A stretch of 59,341 nucleotides of DNA, counting the filler, from Dirinaria sp. TL-2023a (Eukaryota), in NCBI GenBank assembly GCA_051941275.1. It is 7 parts of 7 records of this genome, joined end to end, with 100 filler letters (N's around TTAATTAATTAA, not from the genome) between each part and the next. Parts side by side here need not be neighbours in the genome. Positions count along the whole stretch, not along the records: positions 42,501 to 50,872 come from JAVEBF010001190.1; positions 50,973 to 59,341 come from JAVEBF010001191.1; 5 more parts are not named here. One strand, 5' to 3'. Shown one piece after another: positions 47,593 to 59,341 of the stretch (positions within the stretch are counted from its first letter, which is position 1; each line of letters begins with the position of its first letter). The notes beneath the pieces were generated by a model. That model was not told the origin of the DNA. It saw only the letters and a list, made by a program, of their open reading frames with translations, and made no database searches. Made by a program: the position numbers and the translations under genes.

Positions 47593-50500
47593 ATGACTGA
47601 TCACACCCAAATCAAGGCCCTAGACGGCACTGTCAAACCGGTCAATGGCAATTCCACATCTCCATCAGAAGCAAATGGCTCACAATTACCTTCACGGCCT
47701 AAACCGGAGGCCACATCCTCACCAAGAGACTCCATCCCACCACTCGGTGCAACACTGACAGGAAAGCAAGAGCATTGTGAGTCTCCGTACCTTCTACGTA
47801 CCAGATACTGTGCGGTGACGAGACAAGACTGCGAAGCTGACCCGTTCCCAGACTTAAAAAGAGAGCTTCTCTCACAGCAAGTCAAATTTGAGATATCGGA
47901 GTTAGCCTCTACCACCGCTTTACAAAGATTTGGTGCGCCTTTCAAATCCGATTATGGCGAAGTGGCTCCGGTCGACTCCGAGTTCCCCATTCTCCGCTAC
48001 ATTTTCGTTCACCATGTCCGAAAATTTCCCTTCCTGGACCAAGCGAGAGAAAAAGAATTTTGGCAAGACAAATTGCAAGTGGTACGCATTGGGAAGCGCG
48101 CATACTGTGAGATTGGCTGATGGTGACTAGTTTCTGGAATCCTTCGCAAATAGACATATCTCATCCTCAGAAGACCGCCTGGAGGAAACGAAGCGGCGGA
48201 AGCTTGCCATGAAAGCGGAGAAACTGGTGGAGCTAATGATGGTCTCCGGCATACCCACCGCATCCGGCTACGAGGAACGAATACGGTTTTCTGAACTGGA
48301 AGTCGTGGATCGAGGGGCAAATGAACAGGGACTTCTCGTTAATAGTCCCGAGGGACATTCTATCAACGGCTGGGACGTCAATGTAGCCGGGGTAAGGACA
48401 ACGTCGGTCAAGCGGACTATCAGGTACCATCAGCATGCGGTAAGTGCCGGTAGCAGTAGTCCCCCTTTGATTCGACGATAGTGACTTGACGTAATCATAG
48501 GAGTTTGTTATTCGAGTCAGACAAGCGGGCAGGCCAGATTACTACGTCGGACGGCGCTATGGTGACTTTGCAAAGATGCACAAACGACTACGCACAGAGC
48601 TGCCAGGCAAGGTTCTACCTCCGCTACCGCGAAAGAATAAAAGCTCCACAACTTCCAATTTTCTGTCCACGGCGGGAGACGATGATGCTTCGTCTGTGTC
48701 ATCGGTATCTACCCAGAACACAACCCCTGATGGTTTGGGAGAAAGTGGCTCATTTCGCAATCTTGTGGGTCATCGCCGGTCAGGGTCTTTAGCCCGAAGC
48801 CACCATGGTTCGCCTCGAGCTTCTGGAGAGTACCCAAGAGAGAAGGTCATGCTCTATCGTGAAGATCAGCGCGTATCCCTTCGAGCCTTCTTACGAACCA
48901 TCCTACAAAATGAATTAGTTGCCGAATCAAAGGCGATGCAAGATTTCCTGACAGCTAACCCGATAAGGATGAATGAGGAGGAGATGGGAGATATTCAGAG
49001 GCGAAAAGAAATGGACGAGAAACGCCTCGAAGAGCAAAAGCAATTTTACGAGATTGCGAGACAACGAGCGAGAGAGCTAGATGTTTATATGGAGAGATTC
49101 AGGCGAGAGATTGTGGAGAGCAGTAAGCAGCCACCGTATAAAGTACTTCGTGGCTAATGCGAGCTCAGATGGTCTATCTAAACTATTCAAGGAAATAAAA
49201 GATAAAGAAAAGATAAAGGACCTCAGCATAGAGTATCAGAAGTTCGCGGAATGGTTGAGAATAGAGTTGGTCAGTCTTTACAGCAACAGAACGCCCACTT
49301 ACCTCCTATAGGGTTGCCGCGACCATATACCATCTTTTCCTTGCAGAAGACAATTCTCCCGAACTCTTCGCCCAAGCTAGACGCCTTCACTCCATGATAC
49401 CTTACACCGCTTTGAAGCAAGTCATTCGCTTTGCCAATCCCGCGGCTGTAATGAGCGGCGTTCTTGACCTGTTCCTTGCTCAACCCTTCGGCGCACGGTC
49501 ATTGGCGCAGAGAGCTTTCGGCCTTGCTCTAAATGATGGCATCAGGTCCTTTCAAAAATCAATTGACTCTCTTGTGGTGAAAGTTAATGATCAAGTTCTC
49601 TGTGAGAAGCTGAAACGATTCTGCAATGCGGATGAAGACATCAAAAATACCATAAGGGCAGAAGCAGCGTCCGAGGACGTCGATCTTATTGTTGCGATCC
49701 TACGTTCTGAACACTTCAAACCCGACCTCACCTCAGAACAGATCGGCAAGGTATTCAACGCATACGTGGCTTGGGTCAATGCCGTTGAAAATGTATGTCT
49801 TTCCCCACCCACCGAACCATTAAAGCCTCCTCTAACGCAGAAATAGACTGATGAGGAAATGAAAACCTCGGCAACCCTCTTCTCCCACCTCAAGTCCCTG
49901 CTGAAAATGTATACACGCCAACGCGACAAAGCAATGATGCTTTCTGTAATCGAAGAACCCGTAACACTGCACCTCTTCCGCGACCTCTTCACCATCTTCT
50001 ACGAGCCGCTCGTGCGCGTGTACAAGTCAGCCAACGTCTACTCCTCGGTGACCGATTTCTCCAACTTCGCCGACGACATGTTCCGCGTGCTCGACGCCGC
50101 GCAGCGGCAAGACGTCTCCGCGGACCCGAACCAAACCGTGCAAAGCTTCATCGACCTGTGCGCGCGGCACGAGGACAACTTCTACAAATTCGTCCACGAA
50201 GTGCACATCCACGACAACGGGCTCTTCACCTCGCTCATGGCCTGGCTGGAAGACATCCTCGAATTCCTGCGCCGCGGGCCCCAGGGCGGGAAACTGGACA
50301 TGAACGCCCTGTTCCAAGGCGGCGTCGACATGGGCCAGATCGACAAGGGGACCGCCATCGCCGAGATCAACGCCCTGATCAAATGGCAAGAAGACCGCAA
50401 GAAATGGCACGCGGACAAGACCCGCCAAAAAATGGCCGCCGACTCTACCACCACCACCTCCTCTTCCTCCCACAACCCCAATTCGGGCGGCGGCGGCTTC

Positions 50501-50788
50501 CAACCTCCCAGCAGCACCATGTTCCGCTCCAGCGATTTCGGGCTCAACGAAGCCGACCTCGCGGAGCTGCGGGACAGCGAAGCGTTCTCCTCCAGCGACG
50601 ACGACGGCGGCGGTGGTAGTGATGAGAGCGATATCGTGGATCCGCTCGCGAGCGAGCGCAAACGCCGCGCGAAGCGTCAAGACCATCTCCGCCGCACGGC
50701 GGGCGAGCCCGTGAAACCGCCCGTGACGGAGCTGGGGAAACTGAGAGAAGGGTTCTTGGCTATGTTGAGGATGGTGCTTGCGGATTAG
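47593..50788 (+). CDS. PX-domain protein with PX-associated domains (yeast YPR097W/Lec1-like); multi-exon
   Basis: LTGKQEH|YLKRELL..ALQRFGAPF; PX core GRRYGDFAKMHKRLRTELPGKVLPPLPRKNK..REDQRVSLRAFLR; IPYTALKQVIRFANP and FTIFYEPLVRVYKSA. Several GT-AG introns. Confidence 0.88.
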
Positions 50789-50814
50789 ATTATTTTAGAT
50801 CAGTGCTTTGTGGG

Positions 50815-50815
<1 letters not shown>

Positions 50816-50872
<57 letters not shown>
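50816..50872 (+). repeat. Poly(T) tract at contig end
   Basis: About 57 consecutive T ending at the gap; a similar T tract ends the window (about 59307-59341). Confidence 0.9.
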
Positions 50873-50972
50873 NNNNNNNNNNNNNNNNNNNNNNNNNNNN
50901 NNNNNNNNNNNNNNNNTTAATTAATTAANNNNNNNNNNNNNNNNNNNNNNNNNNNNNNNNNNNNNNNNNNNN
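50873..50972. other. Artificial contig spacer
   Basis: N44-TTAATTAATTAA-N44. Confidence 0.99.
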
Positions 50973-53900
50973 GGTGGGATGCCTTGCAATTTTAATCTCT
51001 TTCCGATTTATCTAATACATCTGTATGGAGTAGTAAGGTACTCTAGGTACCGCCGTACATAGCTTTCTCCCTATAATCGAAATTAGCACGACTATAAACA
51101 CCCTAGCAATGTCGAGCGGAGCTTCTTCATGCCATAAGAATGTAAGAATTTCTCATTGTTTGTACTTGAATACCTCAGAAGATCTCGACGTGAACACCTC
51201 TGCCGCAGTTCGGATACCTCTGGACCCGAATCGGTGGTATGAAACCTCATACAGTCTTCTGATAATACTCTCCCTTCAAAGAGTACATAGTCGGGTTGTG
51301 GCTCCCCCAAGCTATCCAGAAACCACTAAATCTTTGCGTGACTGATGGCGAGTTTGACCTGCTGCCGCTCCCACAGTGATGAAATATCGCAACTGATGAC
51401 TAGCCTTCTGAAGGAGTACATGGTGCTGAGTCACGAGCTGTCGAGTTCCGGGCCGAGGAACGCCTCCAAGCACTCTTCTTGCTACAATATCCGAAGATAT
51501 CCTGGACGGACCAATCTGAGTATTGTTACAATGATGCGTTCAGGTGTGGTTTATGATGCTCTCACAATCATCTCTGTACAATGTCAGAGTTGAACAGTAT
51601 GGTACCATATCGATGCTCGACTTTGTTCGGGTTACATACAGAGGTAGCGCTCTCAGGAATGATTCGACGCCGCCTGAGGTCTGCTGCAGGATGACCAGCC
51701 ATTCTGGGTTCAGGTTGCTTGTCCGAACCTGGAGCACAAGATTATTGGATATACAACATTTCCCGTGTAACTTATTGCAGTCAGGAAGGATGTCAATAAG
51801 AAGGTAGTCTTTTCCACCAAAGTGCTGTGTCCTAGTTCTTGCTTACTGCGTGCCTCCTCTCAAAGAAAAGCCTTGTTGCTCTCCTACCAGCCTTTCATAT
51901 TTTTAATCATAATTTCGCGCCTTGTACATGTATCATGAAGTAATTCCTAGAGAGCATTTACTGTCACTGCAATCTGTATGCAGAGCTCGGCGATTGAGCC
52001 TCGATGTTGGCTACCACGGCTTATGCAGCATCTACTTCCCAACTTCGACCTGTTCAGCGCTCAGAGTGGCACCATCTGCGATCTATGGGGCTATCCGTTT
52101 TCCTATTTGATGTATGGCTGAGCTAAGGGGATACTCTCATCACCTGAGCGGATCTGGCGCGTTGGAAGTTTTTCCGAATCCCCATACGCTTGCCGGCAAT
52201 TACACGAAGGAGTTACTTTATCATACCGTTGCAATTCTTCTAGACCCCGAGACAACTACTCAGAAGCTTGAATGCGAACGGCCTTCTCACGAAACGACAA
52301 CAAAAACAATATTTCAACCAACCTAGGATCGAATGTACCGTCCATTTTACCCAGCAAGTCATGCATGTCCATTCTTCACTACTTAAACTCAGACGGAGCT
52401 TACGTTCCAGCTTCGACATAATCGTATAATCATCGAGCCAATCGTTGCCGGGGCAAACAGAAATATTCAGTTCGAAGTCGACTGCCAAGTCGAACACTCT
52501 CAATACTTTATTCCACCAGCTCGCACTCCATTGCAACAGGTACAGCTACGCTTTACCGCTCCGTCAATTGGTCGACTCACCTTTCGACTTCCTCCTATAC
52601 TCAGCCGGACGCACTGGTGCTTTTCGAATAACCCCAGCATCTCCGACAATTTGACACTATTGCACATTATCTTGATCCTCTCAAGAACAGCATATCTCCG
52701 CAGCACAAGTGCGACTGCAGTGGCGTATGTGTGAACAGTGCACCGGATTACTACAATCCGATGTCCGAATTCACGGAATCCTCTATCAGTCTCATTGGCA
52801 CTTTGCTGTGGTGCCGCAACTAGGCGGAAAAGGTACCGCTATTCCAACAAATATTTCATCTCTACAACGATCCCTGAACCTTGCGACAGCGGTAGAAGGT
52901 CTCGATGATCGTGAGGCACCAGGAACTAAAGCCCGGTGGTGCGGACATGATATCGTGGGACTATGATCCACACTGATCGAACCGCCGGGCTCCTCGAGAT
53001 GCTCTTTAATCGATCATACGACAACAGTAAGATCGCAGAAGCTGCGAAAACTGCGATCATCCGTGACCGACATCCTGCGACCACTCGGCGACAAAGTTGG
53101 CGCCCTGTCCCACCGTACTGAAGTCGTTCCATACACCACGACCAAAGATCAGACAACATAGCTCAAGTCCCACCTTGGCCTGCAATATACCGGCTGCAGT
53201 CGCACATTACCCCAGTAAGATTGCACAAGATCCGGTGACCACCACAATCTTAAGAAGAATAGCTTGTACGACTCAAGGGCGGATCTTGAGCCGCAACAAT
53301 GTTCTCGTTACATGCAATAGCAACAATGCGCTAACCGTCGGCACAGTATCCGACCCGGGTTATCATCAACATAAAACAGGATGCCAAATCATCAGGACTA
53401 TCGAGTCAGCGTTGCTAGGCATGACTACCATTGGAAACTTACATCCTACGCCGTCGAGACCCTTCCTTTGAACCGCGGCTATCGGAACTAGTTGCTGGTC
53501 TCGCGGCGTTCGTAGCGCGCTGGACCGTTGAGCCTGCGTTGAGCCTGTGTTGCTAAGAGAGCATACGCCGGCAGCGAAGTGCGACTGACCCGGTAGCTGG
53601 AATCGCACATATGCAGCGAAGCGCATTTGGCTTGGCCATGCTCGCTTTCCAACCCCGGCGCGCCAATCGTTGCACGGCAGCCGTTGCATTTCGATTTCTT
53701 AGATCTGTGTGATCACGAATCGAGGTCAGCCAAAATTGTACGCGTGCATAGCAGGCTCAAAGCACTATGGAATTTCCGGTCAAGACTCCAGCCGTTCAAG
53801 CCAGGACCCACAAGAACAAGCACCCGCTTCCTGCAATCCCGTTCTTTCGCGATGTAAAGAAACGGAACGTAACAGCCATTACAGGGCAGCTGATTTCTGA

Positions 53901-55622
53901 TCTCATCGGCCACAACTTTCCCGGACAAAAGGCACTAACGTGCCACAATATTGTCGATCTCGACCAAGCCCAAGCCCCACTAGTGGCTCACTCGTGGCTT
54001 CCTTGCCCGACCCAGCATCCAGCGACCATGCATCTCAGAGCAGAGGATCGGGCACAAGGTACCTTGGAGTATATAAGTAGGTATCGTTGGCTTTGAACCT
54101 CTTAGTGATGCGCCGTACCTAATTGGTCACTCGACACATCACCTGAAGGGAGCCCGGCGGTAAGGGGTTCACCATAAAGCCGACAGGAATTCGAATCCAT
54201 GGGCCACTCCGCCCCTTCGCCGCTTCACTGCTTTTCCACTTTTTCAATTCCGGACAAGGATAAAGTACAGCCTGAACGACAGTTTCATAGGCCGCCGTCG
54301 ACACCGCTCCATCATGCATCAATTCGACCTTGGGTATATTTAGTCCTCCTACAATACCAAAATTACTAAGGTAAGGTAACCTACCTTAGCGGAGGGAACG
54401 TCCCATATGCATTCTCGGCAGCCGTGCATTGCCTTTCATTGATACCTCAAGTTCCGCTATAAGGAGATGGTGCCTTCAACTGTCCTATGACGACGGCCAC
54501 GCCCTGCCAATAATCCTGCCCATTGTCCCCACTCTGCCTTTCCGACGTCCGTTTTAGTGCTGCAGGTCGGAGTCCCGAAGGCGTTACACGGAGCACTTCC
54601 TTAGGTACATACAGTACCAACGTCAGCAGTTCATCGACGTAAGTTATGGAACCTTCGGTCAGCCCCCCCCTCGACAAAGAAGGTGCTGGCCTGAGGTGGC
54701 CTGAGGTGGCCCAACTTGATCCAGCCGGATCTCCACGAGAGAGCGCGGCTACTCTTCCAATCATTTTCCCGTGTACTACACCACGCATTGCGGCTGTTCT
54801 CAACACAGGAGCATCCTTACTTCCCTTGTGGGTGTCCCACATATTTCAAGCTTCCATTTTTTGTTCTTTCTGCCTTTGCCGCATTAACATCAATTCACGT
54901 GTCGCAGGCATCCCTTACATGTTGCCCACTTTCCTTGCACAATCACTTGAGCGCGGCCGATACTGTTAACCTCAGGCTTCCTTCGAGCGGTGCAATTGTG
55001 GGACAATGGTGTACTTACCCGATCGAGGTTGTGTTCAATGTATCGATATCGAATGACACGGATTCCGCAGCCTATTCGGTTGGGAGCAGCACCGATACTC
55101 CGTAACACATATTGCTTTCACTACTTGTGGACGCCCCACACGATCATAACGAGCGCAGTGTCAAAACCGGTTCCGATGAGTCCGGTACCCAAGACGAATC
55201 AGTACGACCCGACTGTTCTCGTGATGTTGAAGCTTTATAGATCAGCTCGCAAGACTTAAAGACGCACCTGCCTGGTCTGAACAGGATCTCTACTCACCTG
55301 GAGATTGCGGATTCACCCAGTATCTTCACACTCCTTCAATCAATACATTAATCGCGGATCGTATCATAGTAATCAGAGCATTGTGTTTCACGGCCTGTGA
55401 ACGTTCTCTAATAGCGTAGTCGTACTCGGTAGCATAAGTCACTGTTCATTTGCCATCACAGCAGAATAAGCAGTAAGTGTACTATTTGCTTGTCTCACGT
55501 TGCTACTTACCACCATCGACACGGCAATAGCTGCTAGCTATAGAAAAGATCTGAAACTCTTCTTGACTTACACTGATGCAATCATAGTTTTTCCCAGAAG
55601 ACTCTAGCAGTTATATACATCC

Positions 55623-57407
55623 ATGGAATCTCCAGAAAACAATAGCAGCCGCATCGAAACCGTTGAAAATTGTTCCGCTCCTGAGTCTCAGCTAGATGAG
55701 AAAAGATTGCACAGTTCAGCCGAGGCTACAGGAGAGCCCCTCAAGAGCGATGCGCAGGCTCTAGAGCCAGGTTCATCCCATCAAGAACCCCATGAGCATG
55801 ATGACACAAAGCCCACACCAGCGTACGATGTCTCGCTGGAGTATATTGACTTGGTTCGTGCCAAGTCTCTGGGATACCCAACCGAAGAGACTCCTTCACG
55901 GGACTCCCCAACGTCAAGTTTATCCTATCAGGATCTGGAGAAAGGTATCGGTGCCGATATCATACAACACCAGCTGGGTGCCAACGAGGTCGAGGAAGCC
56001 GACGATCTACCGTTCCGTAGACAGCTTGGTCACTCGAGGCAGCCGTTCAACGATACCGGGTGGATATCTGTGCCTCCCAAAAACTTACCACAGCTACCTC
56101 CAAAGCGCGCACGAAGAATCTGGAGGAGATTGCGCCACACCCTCTTCGCCGTCTACCAGAGACTCTTTAGCATCGTGTTGATTGCCAACATAGTCTCGAT
56201 TATCATCGTCCTGACTACACGCCGGAACAAGCAACCACCTGGCCCCTCGCTCGGCAACTTGGCTACAGCAACCGCGGCAAACCTCGCCGTTACTATTTTG
56301 ATACGGCAAGAAATGGTTATCAACGCACTATACACGATTTGTTGCTGGACCCCTTACTGGTTTCCACTGCGTATCCGACGTCTTGTCGCCAAAGTGTACG
56401 AGTTTGGAGGTGTACACAGCGGCGGTGGGGTATCGGCGACGCTCTGGTTCGTCTTATTTGTCGTATTCGCCACAAGGGATTTTGCACAGGAGGATTTGGA
56501 CGAGCCCGCGGTGCTTGCGCTTGCGTATATTATCCTTGGACTCCTCCTCGGCATCTGCACGCTGTCTTTTCCTCGATTTCGTGTGGTGTCGCACAATACG
56601 TTTGAGCGTGTTCATCGTTTCGCTGGGTGGCTAGGCGTGGCACTCTTCTGGGCCGAGCTTCTGCTCCTGGCGAAGGCTCAATCCAGAGTGCCAGGATCGG
56701 ATCGCGTCGGAATCCTCGTCATCAAAGCGCCAGCTTTCTGGTTCTTGCTCCTGATCACCTTCTACATTATCCTCCCATGGCTACGGTTGCGCAAGGTGGA
56801 TGTGGTCCCCGAAAAGCTGTCTGATCATGCGCTCAGGCTGCATTTCCGATACACCGATCTTGGGCCAGTCATGGGCATCCGGATTACGCATAGCCCTCTT
56901 AAGGAGTGGCACTCATTCGCTTCGATTCCTGGGCCGGACAAGACCTTCTCCTTGATCATATCTGATGCAGGAGATTGGACCAAGAAGCAGATCGCAGAAA
57001 CCTTGCCCAAATACTGGGTCCGGGGAGTGCCCGTAGCAGGAGTCTTGCGCATGGCTTTTGTGTTCAAAAGGATCGTGGTGGTGACGACGGGATCAGGCAT
57101 CGGCCCGTGCCTATCAATGCTCGTCTCATATCCCAAGTCGGCACGCATCCTTTGGTCCACGCCCGAGCCACAGCAGACGTACGGTGACACGATCGTGCAG
57201 GCAGTGCTCAACGAGGACCCGAACGCGATGATCATCAACACCCGAGCTTCTGGGAGGCCGGACATGGTCGCGCTGACATACCATCTGTTCATCGAATCCC
57301 AAGCGGAAGCAGTCTTCATCATTTCCAATCCGAGTTTGACGCGGAAGGTGGTCTATGGCATGGAGAGCCGAGGCATTCCAGCCTATGGGCCTGTGTTTGA
57401 TTCGTAG
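55623..57407 (+). CDS. Integral membrane ferric-reductase/FNR-like protein (594 aa, intronless)
   Basis: About 6 TM helices with conserved His (GGVHSG, SHNTFERVHRFAGW), FAD-site-like EWHSFA and AGDWT, NAD(P)-binding VVTTGSGIGP, and C-terminal GPVFDS. Confidence 0.8.
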   Translation: MESPENNSSRIETVENCSAPESQLDEKRLHSSAEATGEPLKSDAQALEPGSSHQEPHEHDDTKPTPAYDVSLEYIDLVRAKSLGYPTEETPSRDSPTSSLSYQDLEKGIGADIIQHQLGANEVEEADDLPFRRQLGHSRQPFNDTGWISVPPKNLPQLPPKRARRIWRRLRHTLFAVYQRLFSIVLIANIVSIIIVLTTRRNKQPPGPSLGNLATATAANLAVTILIRQEMVINALYTICCWTPYWFPLRIRRLVAKVYEFGGVHSGGGVSATLWFVLFVVFATRDFAQEDLDEPAVLALAYIILGLLLGICTLSFPRFRVVSHNTFERVHRFAGWLGVALFWAELLLLAKAQSRVPGSDRVGILVIKAPAFWFLLLITFYIILPWLRLRKVDVVPEKLSDHALRLHFRYTDLGPVMGIRITHSPLKEWHSFASIPGPDKTFSLIISDAGDWTKKQIAETLPKYWVRGVPVAGVLRMAFVFKRIVVVTTGSGIGPCLSMLVSYPKSARILWSTPEPQQTYGDTIVQAVLNEDPNAMIINTRASGRPDMVALTYHLFIESQAEAVFIISNPSLTRKVVYGMESRGIPAYGPVFDS

Positions 57408-59304
57408 TGTCGAGCGTTCATATGTTCAGCATGTACATGTATGCTTCAATATGTCCTGATTCGCCAACAGCATGTTCGGCCTTGCATGTAAGAGTTGCTG
57501 ACGGAGTACTGGATACTCGGGAGTCTGTCATCTAAAAGCGGCCCATAGCACGATAGCTACAATAGATTACGCATTTTAACGATCGAAAAAGCATCTTGGC
57601 TTGATTTCCAGATTATGCAATCCCAATTAAATCAAGGCTCTCCCTCTTCCTGTTCCCGAAATATCCACTTCATTCAAGCCATCTCCTAACCTGGCAATTA
57701 CTGCCAGAATGTGACTGCGTGGGTAGCTACTAGTCAAGTGCTTGCAAGCAGTTTTATCAGTAGATGGGAAGAGTGATGGAACCCGCGTTACGGGGTCCAG
57801 ACATAAGGTAGGAAGCACTAGATGGCCTAGCTGCCTACATATCATATCCATAAGGTACACTGAGTGAATGCTTGAATATTGAATGTTGGGGTGATGCATG
57901 TACGAGTACCAGCACTCGACCTCCAGGACTAGCAAGACTGTAGTGTTTGTAGGCTTGGTATCTATTTCCTCTGATTTTGGTCGGCAAGCGAGCCGCAATA
58001 TCATACCTACCTTAGCCAATCAGCGGCTGGATCCCTGTTCAAATTCTCATCAGTCGTCGGGATGATGAAAGCTGGCTTCGAACACTTCGAGTTGCAGCAA
58101 TGCCTGCACTCTGCTATTTTGATCTCCAATTTTGACGAGCAAATAATGGCTGATGTATATTCCATCACCTGCTGTGACGATGACGATGCGGCTACTATGG
58201 ACATCTGTCTGTTCTTTTTACCTCCTGTGAAGTTAGTTACTTGGACCAAGCCCAACTGTCAGCACCATGCCAGTGTCAAAATGTGGATCACTCGGGCTTT
58301 ATTTATTCTCGTTCCAACAGTAGATAGCTTGCAGGGCTAAATATGCCGGATCGAGTGTTAGGCATTACATACTTCTATAAGAATCACGGTCTCAAATGAT
58401 GGCCACTCTTCGGTGGTCAAACCTTCCTTTAGTCGATGTAGGTCTTACGCTCTATTAGACACCGTTCTTTAGTATGTGCTCAGTAATTTTCCCAAAAGAT
58501 CTTAGTTGTGGATATTCCCATCCACTTTCTTTCACTATATAATCATGTGATTGCCATTTCTTACTTCAAGTCAAAAAGAATTCTACCGAAAATATACAAT
58601 CTTCTTTTCCTACTTGAGCTAGAAAATTACTACCCAAAAGTCGCTATGGATAGCTAGCCTGTCTACCAACCCTTTGCTGAGGATTTTTCACTCCTTGCCT
58701 GATTTTAGACGATATTGGTTGCGCGAAGTCTCCGAAGACTTTGTCTGATGAGAACACGACTTACTCCCGAACCGCACCAGGTGTCGACTTCCTGTCCCCT
58801 ATGTCTTCGAAACTCCCCGATGCGAGACCCCGAAGAGCCCGGTATTTTTCCGCTTTTATCTAGCCATCCAGAGCCCGACATAGTAAACAGCTAAGAAATG
58901 TAGATCTTCATTGACTCCAGCGATTCTACTCGGTACATCACTTTCCAGAATGCACTGAGTAGTGTCAGGAATTTATCGCCGGCATTCGAATGAAAGGAAT
59001 GAAGGCTGGCGATTGTGTCTGTACACATTCATTCAATGATGGAAGTGTCAGATAGTATCTGTCTGTGATCAGAGAGTCTGCTTGGGAATGCAAAGTCCCA
59101 ACTTCGAACATCAATGGACATGCGTAGATTGGAGGCTCTCCGATCAGTCGTCCGAATCCTGGGGTATTGAGTGTGCAGATCTGGTAGATCTGGTAGTTGA
59201 CAAGGATGGATTCCATGGGGTGGCGAGTGTATTTAGAATCCTCTCAATTTTGGGAAATGGTCGCAATGTCACAAATATTTGTTCAGTTGGCATCAATTAG
59301 ACAA

Positions 59305-59338
<34 letters not shown>

Positions 59339-59341
59339 TTT

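Noticed and set aside
50973..55600. Many 60-130 aa ORFs, including a signal-peptide-like stretch at about 54840-55105
   Set aside because: No ATG-initiated coherent gene model and no recognisable domains or transposon hallmarks; could be decayed sequence but this is unsupported.

Overview
Eukaryotic, intron-containing DNA from a filamentous ascomycete; the lineage cannot be fixed from sequence alone. The window is not one locus. It is seven ~8.4-kb contigs in descending length order (8408, 8407, 8401, 8399, 8385, 8372, 8369 nt) joined by artificial 100-nt N44-TTAATTAATTAA-N44 spacers, so neighbourhood across gaps carries no meaning. Genes: membrane-anchored pepsin-like pseudo-protease, cellular reverse-transcriptase-related rvt gene, fungal AlkB-like 2OG-Fe(II) dioxygenase, peroxisomal 4CL-like acyl-CoA ligase, partial Sqt1, two-repeat secreted protein, histidine acid phosphatase, PPR protein, spliced 84-aa microprotein, arrestin-like protein, cyclophilin PPIL3/Cyp10, Zpr1, partial Dbr1, TRANK1-like UvrD/TPR helicase, partial kinesin-3, PX-domain protein and a ferric-reductase-like membrane protein. 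The top finding is in the RVT protein: an acidic loop of its RT domain holds a 32-residue segment matching the histone H3 N-terminal tail (23/32 identical, H3 15-27 exact, Met at the K4 position), and the first catalytic Asp appears replaced by Gln. This suggests a histone-mimicking, possibly repurposed RT.
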